64,000 nucleotides of DNA from Basidiobolus meristosporus CBS 931.73 (GCA_002104905.1 MCFE01000077.1:62001-126000), one strand, 5' to 3'. Positions 1-13,577 are shown, counted from the stretch's first letter. Notes: generated by a model not told the origin, from the sequence alone. Program-made: numbers and translations.

Positions 1-1860
1 TGATGTCATGCTCTGTTTCCATGACTTTGGCTGGAACCTTACAGCTTTATGCCACTGTACATTCACTGATTCCCATATGTCATGGTCTTTAGCTAGCACT
101 GCAAGGTCTAGTTCCTCACCAGCCAGTCTTTGCAATAGGTCCTTGCAGTATTCACCACTCAATAAGTATTTCTGATATAGTGCTCTGTTTCCACAAATTT
201 GGCAGGAGCCCAATGGCTTCATGCCACTATTCATTCACTGGTTCCCACACATCCTGGTCTTCAGGCAGCACTGCAAGGTCTAGCACCTTATGTACCAGTC
301 TTGGCAGTAAGTCCTTGCAATATTCAGGTGCATTTTTTTGAGCACTGCTCTTGAAGAAGCGCTGCAACCTCTTGGTGTACCTATTAATGTTCCAAAGCTC
401 CTCTGAAGGCATTGTGATAGTCTTTCAAGTTCTTGACATTGTTGCTTTGTCAGTCTGTTAGGTCTCTACTTGGTCAATAATGAATGATATGGAGGCTGTG
501 GTAGACAAGTTGTCTTTCACTGCAAACTCATCTACCTCTCTGGAGTTTAGCCCAACTGGCTGCACTTACAACTCTTGTGAAAACAGTGGCTTTCTTGTTG
601 GTAATTCTTGGCTACAATGAAATTCAGTATGCTCTATGCATACACCATTAATTAGCAAGAACTGCAGCTTTTTTCATATACTTCTCTCTCTCTAGTTTGG
701 GCAAACATTTCTCCTTTTACCTTTTTGTTTATCACTGTCAGGTCATGCACTGTTACTTTGACTGAGTGCTTCTTGAGGGGAACTATTCCTTTTCCTTTAT
801 AAATGTTATGCTGCTGTATCTGTGTCTGCCTGCTCTTCACCTATTAGTACTTTTCCAGCTACCTGGTGTCTCTTTGATGCTTGTTTTGAGCTTTTGGCTC
901 AGCTTGTAATGGGCTCTTAAGGAAGCTGCTGATTTTTAGCCATTGCACCTTGTTCTTCTGCCTTGAAAGTTTCTGCTATTTCTGAGATACTCTCTCAGCA
1001 TAAAAATGCTGGCACAAAGTATGCTTGCCTGTTTAAGCCAGGAAAATGCTCATGGAATAAGTCAAGCACATTCTGCTTTGCCTTGAATAACTGATTCTCA
1101 CATGGAATGCCAGCCTTAAGGTGTTGGCATGCTAGACTTCCAACAGCCTCTGGAATATTAGCCCACTCTGCATTATTGCACTCAATAGCTTCACAGATAT
1201 CCAATTTCTATTGATTTGTAGGCTATGGTATACACACCACATTGTCTCCCTCCCATGCTGTGATAGGCTTTTCTGTGGGCTTTATACTTGGGCACTGTTG
1301 GCGTGCTTCAAAGACTGTACAGTGTTCTTCTGCTGTCACATTGGAAATTGCTCAATTCTTGGCTGTGATATTGAGCAACTTGAGTTCCTTCTTGGCAGCA
1401 AAGATACTGCTTTCTCTACCTGGGACAGTGAATGCTCTACTCAAATTTTCACTTCATCCTGTCTCTAAAGTACTTTAGGACTTCACTGGGGAATTGTATC
1501 CATTCTATCAGCCACTGCACCCCATTACATGATTAATGCGCTGGTATGAGCTGATAACACACTTGCTAATACTGATGGCAATGCTACTGAAATGGCCATT
1601 TGCTGGTCTTTTGCCAGAGGTACTATGCTGACTGCATTCCCATCTGCCTGAGTGTTATAGACATGATGTTGTTCCACATAGAGTCTCAAATGCTTAATTG
1701 ACTTTGAGCCTGAGGAGTCCAGAATACTACATTCAGTGAGTAGTATGTGAACATGGCCTTCTTTGGACACAGTGCTGCGTTTTGCTTTGAATATCAAAGC
1801 AAGCTATTGTTCAATTGCTTTTCTGCTGCTGTCAGCAGTGGGGTATGGTAGAGAACCATA
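1..1860 (-). pseudogene. Decayed accessory ORF (ORF-A) of a CACTA-like element, copy 1, running off the window edge
   Basis: Collinear nucleotide homology to 22932-24853. The broken ORFs 227-412, 652-840, 995-1204 and 1525-1797 match the peptides of that copy. Confidence 0.75.
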
Positions 1861-2139
1861 CAACCATGTCTTATTATGTGGTAGGATATATATAGATGTG
1901 AGTTAGATCAATGGGTAAATAATGCTATATATACATGCTTATGTAGTGTCACAACATTACTTCTAATGCGTGCCAAGATAGGTCCTCATTAAACTTTACA
2001 TTCATACAGGTACAATGTCTCAAAACAAGACTGTCTCAGACTCATATCAGTAAATACAAAATGGTAATATAATAGCATTATGTTGCTGAATATCAAGCTG
2101 CTTGCCTGATGGCAAAGACTACATTGCTTAAACATTGTA

Positions 2140-2615
2140 AGATAAGAGAAAAAGACCATGTGGCAGTTATCACAAGCACCTCAGTCAGGAAGCATGCACA
2201 CAGCATAGAATGTACAAAATGGAGAATATCTAGTATTTTGCTACACAAGTCATATATGTGTATTCTTCAGGCACTAGTTTTGCAATAACATATTGCTAGT
2301 CCCTTTATGCTTCCATAATGTCACCTGGCTGCACTTGTTCCCTTAAGAAGCCTGAGTTAGGTCAGTTTTGATGCCTTTTGATTCACCTCAGCCTTGTAAA
2401 TATGGCCTGAAATGTTTGATCTCTGAAGAACAAGGCTTGCTGATGGAACCTGAGCCTATCTCCTTTCACAGCAGTACCCTACAGGAGCTTGTCAAAGTCC
2501 AATTATGCAATGAGAAAACTACTATGAAAAGTAAGCCTAGGATAATTTTTGGAGCCAAGTGAGGCCAATAATCCATATGCTGATGAATGTTGTGATGTTG
2601 TGGCTGAAGTAGTGG
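2140..2615 (+). pseudogene. CACTA-like transposase N-terminal fragment, divergent from ORF-A
   Basis: Homologous to 25091-25565 (AGAGAAAAAGACCATGTGGC and GGAGCCAAGT blocks). Confidence 0.65.
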
Positions 2616-2623
2616 CATGATTG

Positions 2624-3140
2624 AATATGGTTGCTGGTAGTATTACTTATGTAGCTTTGCATAGAGCATTTCTTGCTTCCTTTGCTTCTCTTACTCTCCA
2701 GACATATTTCTCTCCAAGAATGTTTACTTGTATGAGTATACCGGGTATTAATAAGTATCTTGATTGTGTGGGTTATTGCTGACTGTACTTGGTGAGTGGG
2801 AGAGCTTGTAGGTCAAGTCAGTACCACTTGGTTCAGAATAGCTTCCGATAGGAGGTAGTAAGGTAATAAAGACTTGTGTTTATTTTGTCCCAAATCTCCT
2901 TAGTCTCTTGCTTGGTTCAGTTGGGTAGATATATATCACTTGGGGGCTTAAATTATAGACAATGTGTTATAAAATAGGGGTGTGAACACCTTCCTATTAT
3001 GGTAAGTGTTCTAACTAGATAAGGGCAGGGATAGGAGGGAGGGCGCGTAGGGGAATCATAGGGAGGATACTGGGGGACTTTGGGTAGGACTCTGGGGAGA
3101 ACTCTTGGGCAAAGAGTGGGTACTGCATTTAGTACTCACA
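2624..3140. repeat. Unclassified ~517 bp insertion-like segment
   Basis: GATTG on both sides (2619-2623, 3141-3145). Ends in CACA and has G-rich tracts. No second copy in the window, and the left end is not TG. Confidence 0.25.
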
Positions 3141-3145
3141 GATTG

Positions 3146-4026
3146 TATTACCCATTCAGCTATTCTCTCTTGTGTACAACTTTCCTCTGTATTTACCTAC
3201 TAGTATGCCAAATCTGTTTAGATATTCAAGTACAAGCTCTAATCACACTCTGAAATGATTGAATATCTCATTGTAGAGCTGCTGCTTGCTGCTAAGCACA
3301 CCACTTATTAGCTTTTAAAATGCTGTAATACAACCTTATCTCTGACAATCCTCATGTATAAAAGCTGGCTCAGCCATACATTATCCCCTCCTCTGAATTC
3401 TGGATCATTTTCTGCTGAAATATTGGACTACTTGGTATCATTCTGCAGCTAAATATTTACCTAACAATTCTGGACTAGTCATGGTCACTGTAGGACTAAT
3501 TTACAGCTCTAAATTTGCCACTTTCTTCAGATCTATGATCTTATGATTATTCCCCTATAGTCAGGATCAAGTTAGAACTAATACTAACTATTATGTACTA
3601 ACCCTGAAACTGTTACAGAATGCTCCTGAATATTGAGAAACCCTCCTTACTTAGTGTTACAGCTGTATTACTTCTACAAAGGTATAAATACTGAGCTTCT
3701 TTATTAATAAACAACAGTTCAACTATTATCACTATTTCTTGATAAGTTCCTTATATCCAAATCACTTGTTAAATTGCAACATTTTCTACTCAGAGTTCTT
3801 TGTCATGCCTACTTCTTGCAGATGGCCTACTTGACAGGATGATGTTAAGCTCAAAGTCAGATAGTGCCCAAAACTTGACACTATGTGTCGTTCATATGCC
3901 CAAATAAAAGTGCCTCTGCCCTCCAGAAGGTCTATTAATATCTGACTGGGAAGGTATACAAAATACTCCTGATGTGGAACCTGTCACAGAACACGCTGGG
4001 ATATGAAAGTCTGTTAGAGCTTCTGA
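3146..4026 (-). mobile_element. PIF/Harbinger-like DDE transposase fragment, interrupted by a solo LTR
   Basis: Reverse-complement homology to 28520-28930 on both sides of the LTR at 3413-3781. Confidence 0.75.
3413..3781. mobile_element. Solo LTR, family 2 (369 bp)
   Basis: TG...CA ends, perfect 5-bp TSD TTTTC (3408-3412 / 3782-3786), and a near-identical copy at 8368-8734. Confidence 0.9.
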
Positions 4027-4880
4027 ATGAGTTCTAGACTCAAGTAATTAATCTCCTACATGATATAATGGTAGAATTATGTGGATTCTAAGTGCAATAT
4101 GCACAGTACTCTTCAAGGTAACAGTTCCAGAGTATCAGACTGAGGGTAGGTGAAAACCTTGAGGAATTAGAAGGTGTGCTTCAAGAAGAAAAATACAGGC
4201 TATGGCCAACTGCACCTAGATTGGACCAGTACACCTTGTAGGATTCAGTCCAGTCCATGCTAACACCCTTTACTTGAGTGCCACACACCAGGTTGATGCA
4301 CATTAGGTGAGTGTTTGTGGTTCAAAGCTAATTTTCCTGAATTTGTCAAACTGCTCAATTGGGCACAAGTCCTTTAGAGCAGGCCAATTTGCATTAAGAA
4401 GTTGCATCACATCAGATTCAGCCAAGGGCCATGGCAATATATCAAGTTGCGCTTTTGTGTCCTTTTACACCTGATCATCAGCAAGTTACTTCTGGTCTGC
4501 CTGCACCACAGGAGCCATTGGTAAGTAAGCAAACACATCAGCATTTGGCATTTCAGGACAGTTCTGCTGTGGTAGTGTATAAGTCCAAGGGAGAGATACA
4601 TTCAACACTTCTCAAGCGTTGTGTGTGGGCTGCACTCACTGGATGCAATAATCTCTGGCAAAGGCTTGCTAGGTATACTAAAGTTCTGTCTTTACTCTTA
4701 CGCAATGGGGAACAAAGCCAAAAGCTTGTCAAGTGAAAACTATTGAGCCACAATCCCCAACTTAACTGGTATCTTGACAAAGGTATATGTTGGGTACAGC
4801 ATCCTTTGAGATGACAACATGCTAAAACTTCCACAGTTAAAACAACTGTATTCAACACAGCCAAGCTGCAGCACAGCACT
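4020..4880 (+). pseudogene. Fragments of the Harbinger-associated ORF-B (4020-4560 on +; the 4560-4880 piece matches 17520-17830)
   Basis: Homology to the reverse complement of 18600-19020, 27000-27430 and 17300-17500 (HQQVTSG peptide). Confidence 0.6.
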
Positions 4881-5099
4881 CAATGACTAGGAAGTAAAAT
4901 TATGATAACAAGTACACAAGTAGCCCAGATGATATTTCAGAAGGAAGTATGTAGTAGTACAAAGTAAATCCATACAAAACACTTCCATGGTAGTCCATGT
5001 GATAAGAAAATAGAAGACAATAATGCAGTTGTGTTAAATTGCTATTATTGATCATGATCCAAATAGCACAAACTTTTGCAATCCAAACCAAGCTTTTGC

Positions 5100-5740
5100 A
5101 AATCAGTGACCATTGAAATTTAGGTGTAAGTTATATGGCAGTTGTCTCAAATGTGAGACAGAACCCCTAAAGATAAGCACCCTGCATAATTATACAGGAT
5201 CTGTAGCACCAGTACAGCTATTTGATCTGACTAGTACCTACCTGGTTGGTTGCATGCTAGCAATGACTCCAGCTCCAATCACTAAAATCATGGATTTACT
5301 TGCTTAATTAGTAAGATGTAGTATTTGTAGATGGATCAGGTAGCTTGTGTGTTGGACATTGAGCCAATTTGGGGCTCACAGCTTTGGGATACATTTAGGT
5401 AAATCAATCACTAACATACCATCCATTTGTAACTAGCGTAATCAAAATGGTAAGTATTAGTGTAGTTTGTTGTGTGATCAGCATTTAAATCTATTTACCT
5501 CAAAGAAACATTTCTGGACACCAGATTTAACCTGCCATAATAGTAGTGTCCAATTGCACATGCAATGCAAGCATTTTGAGTAGGTGCAATCATCTGGGCT
5601 AGCATCATTGTGTCAGATTGTGCTGTAGTGTACAAGATTGTCCCACATAGTGAAAAGTTGTCCAATGGCAATCCTTTATATTGGTGGCTACAACATTGCC
5701 CCTGATTGTTCTAAAAAATCCAGGATTGTGCCACAGGCCT
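5100..5740 (+). repeat. Repeat homologous to the reverse complement of 20700-21330, carrying a conserved intron-like signal
   Basis: Alignable by eye. Both copies keep AAAATG|GTAAGTAT. Confidence 0.65.
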
Positions 5741-5989
5741 GGGTACAGTACACTGGAACAAGACTACTATGTACATGGTACAAATTGACAACTGTCATGC
5801 ACTGGCAATAAATGGCTCAGAGACTGTACTGATACCAGCATGTACCAACAGTTGCATGGAATGCACACATGTATATGACACCATTGGGCAGTTTCTAACA
5901 TGTCACTAATCCATTACCATTGGACTAGTATTAGTGTTCTGATATACAATACTGATATAGTTATGGGCAAAGCATCAACTAATTGATCT

Positions 5990-6560
5990 GACCAAAAACT
6001 GATCTAACTTATTTATCAAGGAGTATATTATCACAGTACTTCCAGCCCTGCTTGTGACATGCTCTTGAAGAAGTTTTAGATTTTTATCACTGTCAAGTCT
6101 TTCACTGCTACTATGAATGATAGCTTCATTTACCAAACCACATTTTCTCTTTGATAAATGTTGCACCTATGCAACTGTTTCTGCAAGCCTGTTGCTTATA
6201 GGCACTCTGCTGGCCACTTAATATTTCTTTGCTGCATGTTATAAGCACTCAGACCTTCTAGGTATAACTACTGAAATAACCTGTTTCCATGACATTGACA
6301 GGAACCCTGTGGCTTTATACCTCTGTTAATTCAGTGGTATCTATACATTCTGTTCTTCAGCCAGCCTTGCAAGGTCTAGCACCTCATTTACTGGACTTTA
6401 CAATAAATCCATGCAATATTCATGTGCTTTTTCTTCAGCACTGCTCTTACCAAAGCACTGCAACCTCTTGGTGTGTCTATTAATGTTGCAAGGTTCCTCT
6501 GTAGTCATTGTAGTTGTGTATTGAGTTTATGGCAGTTTTGCCTTCTTTGACAATGGGATC
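5990..6560 (-). pseudogene. ORF-A fragment, copy 2
   Basis: Homology to 23680-23800 and to 180-420 (TTGCAAGGTCTAGCACC block). Confidence 0.6.
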
Positions 6561-6959
6561 TCTACTCTGAATACAATGGAGGATGTGGAGGCAGTGTTGA
6601 TGAGTTGCTTTTCTGGGTAAATCCCTCTTCCTCACTAGAGTATAGCACAACTGGCTGTACTACCAAATTGTGAGAAAACAGCTTTTGTCTTGTTGGCAAT
6701 TCTTCTTGGCTATGATGAAAACTAATGTTGCAGTTTATCATGCACATGGTACAAATGGACAACTGTCATGCAGCTGGTAATGTATGACGCAAAGACTGTC
6801 CCAACACCATCATGCACAAGCAGTTGCATGGCTACCACATCAGAAAATGGCACTGTTGCATGGTGTCCAGCAAGTCAGGAATCCACCACCATTGGGGGAA
6901 AATATTGCTCACACTCTGGATATATTCTGGTAATACCCCATCTAAAAAAGCTCAGGTAG

Positions 6960-9550
6960 CCCAACAATTATTGTGAAGCTATAAAGTACTGCACTCAGTA
7001 TCAATCAAGCACAAACGTATCGGAGATATTTAATGGCACACATTACAAGCAGTAAAGAAGCCAGGGCTACTTTGAGGGTATGTATAACCATGCCTATGCA
7101 TTGGCACTTGATGGACTCTCACTATACCAGTAATCTGCCAGCAAATCAACATATTGTAAATTACCATCCAACCTAGATATTTACCTGTACCCATTTCTGG
7201 AAGAATATCTGCATGCTTTCCAGCAGGAAACTATTAAATGGCCACCATATCAAAGTGCATATCATTTTCTGCACTTGAGATACCCTAGCCATCAGCAAGA
7301 TGGCCAGCTCTTCTGGATACAATGGATGGTACTACTGTCAAATGTTCAAAATCCTGGGGATGCCACATAACTCACACACATTATTATTGTCCAAATACTA
7401 GTACTAAGAGCAACATCTTCCCACAAAGGGGACATACAGAAGCTAGCACACAATTGCAGCAAAATTGGCAGCCCACAAGTCATTGGCAGGAACATGGAAT
7501 TTATTGGAAATTGGAGCTACTTGACATAGAGGGTATCTGTTGGAGCAAAAGCTTTTCACTGAGAGCAATGCCTTTGCTTTCAGCAATATCCTCATACTAG
7601 TGACCAAGTTGTACATGGGGCATTTACGCTGAATGAGCCCTTCAAGTCACTGGAGAAGTTTGCATGGACTGGCAAGAAATTTCAAAGTATTGGCACCCAA
7701 GAGTACTTCTCACAGGCTCCAATCAATATTCATACACATATACTATAATATAAATGCAAGGACTGGGTGAACTAGAAATGTGTTTATTTAGGTGGCCTTC
7801 AGAAGCCATTTTCACCAAAAAATAAGTTGGAAGCATTGGAAGTCATATGCTGACATTTCAGAAGTATTTACTCAGAAGTGTATCACCAACACAAACTTGA
7901 CACTTCTACAGCCTCTTTGCAGGGAGTTTATGATGGGATTAGAGCAGCTTTACTTGAAGAAAATGTTGAGCATATGGATCTCTGCAGCTACTGTACTCAT
8001 TCTCTGCTTTATCTTGCTTAGTCTGTGGAGAATATTGGGCTTTGCTTCACCTTTTGGGAGTTTGCTATGAAGTAGATATGTGAGTACATAGGAAGACAAG
8101 TCAAGTTGCAGATACTACCATATCCAAATCTCATCAAGAAGAGTACCTTCAAGTCCATCATGGATGTGTTGAGTTGGCAAAAGGAGGACAGCCAGGAAGA
8201 ATTGAGAAATCTGAGGACAGATGTGCACATGAGCCACATATGACTTTGGCATCAAGAAGCTAAGAAGCCCCATTGTGTGGGTAAACAATTATGTAATGCA
8301 AAGCTGGGTTGGGAGCAACAAGTATCAATTTTTATTAGCACAACCTTTCCAAAGCATGCCATGTTTCTGTTGAAATATTGGACTATTTGGTATCATTCAG
8401 CAGCTAAAAATTTACTTACCAATTCTAGACTAGTCTTAGTCACTGTAGGACTCATTTACTGCCTTAACTTTGCCACTTTCTCCAGATATATGATCTTATG
8501 ATTATTCCCCTATAGTCGGGATCAAATTAGCACTATTACCAAACATTATGTACTGACCCTGAAACTGTACACAATGCTCCTGAATATTGAGAACCCTCCC
8601 TACTTAGTGTTACAGCTGTATTACTTCTACAAAGGTATAAATACAGAGCTTCTTTATGAATAAACAACAGTTCAACTATTATCACTATTTCTTGATAAGT
8701 TCCTTATATCCAAATCACTTCTTAAATTGCAACAGTTTCTGGTGGCCCTAGGTCAATTTCTACACCATCTATTATGGAATGCATACAAATAAGAGCCAGA
8801 GTACACCAATAATGTGTATGTTACCAGTAAAACAAGGTGAATAGCAGCTTTGCAAGTATCATATTAAAAGGCCATAAAGTTGAGGTGATAGATGTTTGTT
8901 AAATGCAGCAGGTGCATGTGTAGGAGCAGTTAGGAAGCAGGAGGCCATGGCTTTTCCGACTTAAACTATGTGTGAAATACCCATTTTAGTAGTGGATGAG
9001 CAATTATATTTGGGGTGATTCTGCGATCAAGTATATGAATGGCACAAAGGGTGGTAGGAAAAGATAATACCATTTGGTGTATATGTATAGTAGCAATATA
9101 CAGGGCTAGCTGTAGGCTGTCTTGCTGCCATTTTAATGTAAGCAAGGTTTTGCAATGAGGCCATTGGAACACCATCAAATTTGTTGCCATATGAGGCTAT
9201 TGGATATATTGGCCAGTTAGGCTGCTCAAATATATGTAGAGTGCATTAAGATTGTTAGAATGCCATGCAATTTTTGTCAAAAGACCACATAAATACTGTC
9301 AAGGTTTTTACTTTATTTGGCAGCAATATTAATAATAATGTCACAACCCCACCATCAAAGTATGTGGAGGGTCAGTAATTTCAAGCTTCTGGTGCCACAA
9401 TGGACCTGTTGCAGTATCCTGATGGCTGATCTGGACTGTGTCCACCTAAAGGACCAAATTTGCTTTCATGAGGTGCAATGAAGCCTTTGTAATGTCAGCA
9501 GCTTGTAATTATTCACCATCATTATAATCTTTTGATGCAATTGTGAATGT
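6960..9550 (+). mobile_element. Decayed CACTA/EnSpm-like (Tnp2-type) transposase, internally deleted and split by a solo LTR
   Basis: Remnants of FNGxxY...YALALDG near 7030-7120 and HSLL...VENIGLCFTFWEF...PYPNL near 8000-8130. The 3' part is homologous to 26100-26960. Confidence 0.7.
8368..8734. mobile_element. Solo LTR, family 2 (367 bp)
   Basis: TGTTG...CAACA ends and a perfect 5-bp TSD GTTTC (8363-8367 / 8735-8739). The flanks rejoin to match the CACTA copy near 26100. Confidence 0.92.
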
Positions 9551-10375
9551 GTCTTGATATCTTACTGCTAAATAGGGAGATAAACTTTATGGTGCTTTGG
9601 CGGTCCTTGATTGGCAGATGAATGGCACTTTAATAGTCTTACTGCAGCCTACATGTATCTGAGAAGACCCAACTAGCCAGTACATGCAAATGCCACATAT
9701 GAAAAATAACTTGAAGGCCTTTTGACAGCTTTGATGTGGATATTTGTGGTATTGCAATGGCAGCATGGTAGTACACAGCTAGTGCTGCATGATCCTACCA
9801 TACCAATTTACCAGGTGGTATTTTCTTTCTCTACCTCCCCTTATGTCATCCAGGTATTCTACTGTAGAATCACTGCCATATACTTGCTCATCCACTACTA
9901 AAGTGGGTATTTCACTTATGGTTGAGTCAAAAAAGCTATGAACTCCTGCTTACTAGCCTCTGTGTGTGGGCATACCTACTGCAATTGACATACTTCTGTT
10001 ACAGGTCTTGGCATAAGAGTTGTAGAGGAATAGAGAGTTTAGCTGGTATTGTATTCACTAGAACTTGAACTGATTTTTATTGAGGTTCCAGCAGCTCCTT
10101 ATATACATTTTGCCAGATCAATTGCTGACTAATTGTATTTCCTAATGTAGGTTGTGGCTGATGACTCATTTGATTGCATCATCATCACCCAATAAGATCC
10201 TACTTAATATATCTATTTCTGTCTGATAAGGATCTGCTGATTCATTTGCTGACTAATGCTACTGATTAGATAGACAACACTCATATACTGATAGGCTGAA
10301 TATAAAACTAATTGATTTGACTAAGAATTGATCTAACATAAACATTCAAGCAGTAGATCAAAATGTTCTCCCCTA

Positions 10376-12436
10376 CTAAGGCCAAGAGGGTTCTCCTGAA
10401 TCTCTTTTCTTATGATACTGGTATCTTGATGGTTTAGTATTGTTGGCAAGTCTTGCAAGCTTGAGTCTGTCTCTGTGAACTAAATCTTTCCAGATATTCC
10501 CTTGTTTGTCCACAAGTTGGTAAGTTGCAAATAGCCATTCCTTGAAGATCTTGAAAGATCCTGACCATTGTGGCTGAAACTTCTTCCAAGTATTGTTTTT
10601 CAGCAATAAAAAGTTCCAGACTGTCAATGATTCTGGTTAAAAAGTCTTACCAAATCTCTGTTTCAGCTTCTCTGCACTTTGTGATGTTTTAGCCTGTGCC
10701 TCTTGACGTCTTTGTTCCAGCTGCTGGTGTCTATTTTGCTGACTGAGCTCATCTTCTAAAGTGTCTGTAAGCTTTGGTTGTGTGAGATCTCCTAGAATCC
10801 TTGGTTCACATCCATACACTAAGTAGAATGGCAATTGTTGGGTGGTGTGTGTAATCTGACTCTGCTTGCAAAGAGTGCTTGGTCTGTATACTCATCCCAT
10901 CTACTGACAGCTCCATTTGCATACTTGGTCAGCATTTCTCCAAATAATCCATTAAATCACTCCGTGACTCCATTAGTTCTAGGGTGATATACTAAGGTTT
11001 TCAAGTGTCTGATATGCTGCATTTCCAGGTAAGCTTTCAAAGTCATTGCCATAAGGTTTGCTCCTCTATTAGATAGAATCTCTATAGGGCATCCAGACTT
11101 CATAAGGACCTCATAGCAGATGAAACTTGCACCTTCTTGTTCACTGGCTACAGGTACGCTTTAGCCCCTGGCCATTTAGTGGCAGAGTCATTTGCTACTA
11201 TGATCCAACAGTTGCATTTCCTGGCAGTTGGCAGTCTTCCAATAAAGTCAATTCCCCATCTTTCAAGTGGTCTTACTGAGTCCAAGGGGAACAGTTCAGC
11301 AATTCTCAGTGGTTGGCCTTGATTAATTTGGCTATTTGGGCATGTTTTCACTAGCTTCTCAATGTCTTGTTTCATCCTGGGCCACCATGCTGTTGCTTTC
11401 ACAGGGCTATAGGTTCCTTCAATTTCAAGATTTCTATATCTGTTGTGTAGCTTATGAATTACATCCAGGCAAGCAACATAAGGGCAATAGGCAATAGGGC
11501 TTCCATTAACAACTCCATAGAGTGTTTCATCCTGTACCACAAATTTGCTGGCTTCATCCTGGATTTTCTTCTTGATCTCATCATCCACCTCATTAGAAAT
11601 GGCTTGGTCCTCCAAGTACATTGGTAATAGGCTAGGCCAATCTGCTTCATGCACCAAGTAGAGTTGTGCAACATGTTCAAATCTTGATAAGTCATCAGCA
11701 ACCGTGTTGTTTTTCCTATGGTGGTAGACAATCACCAAATCAAATTGCTGAGTGTATTCATTCCATCTTGTCATTCTTCTAGAGAGTACCTTCTGAGTAA
11801 ATATATACTTAAGGGAGGCATGGTCAGTCTTCACAGTGCATTTAACTCCTTCAATACAGCATCTCTATGTCTTCAAGCAGTGTATTATAGCAAGCATTTC
11901 CTTCTCATGCACTTGATAGTCTTGTTCTGCTGAGTTCAGTTTCTTGGATTCAAAGGCAACTGGGTAGTACTATCCCTGTGTTCTTAGCTCAACACTCCAC
12001 CAACTGCATAATCTGAAGCATCTGTACACAGAGTGAACCCTTTTCTGAAGTCAGGTATTCTTAAGCTTGGCAGATTAGCAAGTTCATTCTTGAGCATCTG
12101 GAAGGCAGTCTCACAAGCTATGTCTCACTTATAGGTATTTTCTTTGTTGAGGATATCTGTTAAAGGGGCTGCAATACTTGCAAAGAACTTGACAAATCTC
12201 AAATAATACAAAACCATTCCAAGGAACAATCTGAGTTCTGATATGATCTGGGGGTGCTTCAGATTCTTGATAACCTCAACCTTCTTAGGGTCTAAGGTCA
12301 CTCCTGTGCTAGTCACTATGTGTCCCAGATAATGAATGTGCTCCTTGAAGAATTCACACTTTGCTAGTTTGCCATATAGTTTGTTTTCTCTTAACACAGG
12401 GGCTGCTTTACATGAAGATGCAGAGCTATGTTTCAC
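10376..12436 (-). pseudogene. Gypsy pol remnant: RT C-terminus, RNase H, integrase with GPY/F-type tail
   Basis: ENKLYGKLAKCEFF, TDHASLKYIFTQK...RW, WWPRMKQDI...CPN, PLERWGIDFIG and KFQPQWSGSFKI. Multiple stops and frameshifts. Confidence 0.92.
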
Positions 12437-12538
12437 ACTCTGTGGCCAAGTATAGGCCCACTTGATCTCTCTGGCACACTATGGCATCATTTGGCACTCA
12501 TGGCTCAATGTGGCACTATCCAACAGAATAAGTCTATT

Positions 12539-12747
12539 AAGTAGGATCTTATTGGGTGATGATGATGCAATCAAATGAGTCATCAGCCACAACCTACATT
12601 AGGAAATACAATTAGTCAGCAATTGATCTGGCAAAATGTATATAAGGAGCTGCTGGAACCTCAGTAAAAATCAATTCAAGTTTCAGTGAATACAATACTA
12701 GCTAAACTCCCTATTCCTCTACAACTCTTATACCAAGACTTGTAACA
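12539..12747 (+). repeat. 5'-truncated LTR of the same Gypsy family, antisense inside the element
   Basis: Reverse complement of 13729-13940. Ends TGTAACA at 12747. Confidence 0.85.
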
Positions 12748-12836
12748 ATATGGGAGGTGAGTTCTAAGTCTTCTTCAAGTTCATCCTCCATGTTACTTTG
12801 CTCAAGGGCTTCAATAAGATTGAAGGTTCTTGATGG

Positions 12837-13577
12837 CTAGTGTCCATTTCTCCTCTGAGGGTAGTACTTTGCAATTTGTCCCTGCTGATGGCAATTGAAG
12901 CAAAGTCCTTTCTTCTTACATTTTTCTGAGGTAGGATTCTTCTGCATAGCTTCTATTTCCATTGGCACCGCTTCTGTTTGTCTTCTTTCATAATGATTGA
13001 AGCCTCTCTGATTAGTCCTTGTTGGCTTCCCAACTCCAAACATAGCTGAGTCATAGTCAATGGCAATCTTGAAGGTTGCTTTAATAGCCTGGGGTCTTTG
13101 ATAATTCACTTCCTTGCAAGTTCTTTCTTTCAACCCATCAATAAAGTATTCCATTTGATCCAGGGAATCTATTGTTTCAATTTGTCCAAGTTGACATCTA
13201 TATTCATAGATATACTCTAGAACCATTCCTTTCTGTCCAAGTGTCCTCAACTTTCTTCTTAGTAGTGTCTGCTGGTGTGGAGGTTCAAAAGCATTCTGAA
13301 TTTCTAACACAGACTCATCCCAGGTGGAAATGTAGGGCATCCCATCATGGTGGCTGACCTTATCTTGTTGTGGTATCACTATAGAGCTGCATATGCCAGG
13401 TAAGAGGCTGCATAATATAACTTGCTTTCTGGAGCAAATTCCCTTAGCCTTGAAGGCTTCTTCAATCTGGAAGAGCCAAGTTCCCAGGTTTTCATTGACT
13501 CTACCATGGTACCGGTTGACCTTCACACTAAAGTTGCTCTTGACAGGGTTTTGCTGGCTTTGCGCCATGGTAGTCAT
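12837..13577 (-). pseudogene. Gypsy gag (retrotransposon gag domain plus degenerate CCHC knuckle)
   Basis: WLFQIEEAF, LRRKLRTLGQKG, YFIDGLK and CFNCHQQGQIAKYYP. Confidence 0.88.

Noticed and set aside
1-340. ~172-bp tandem duplication of the ORF-A C-terminus
   Set aside because: Real, but absent from the other copy and cut by the window edge. Treated as local decay.
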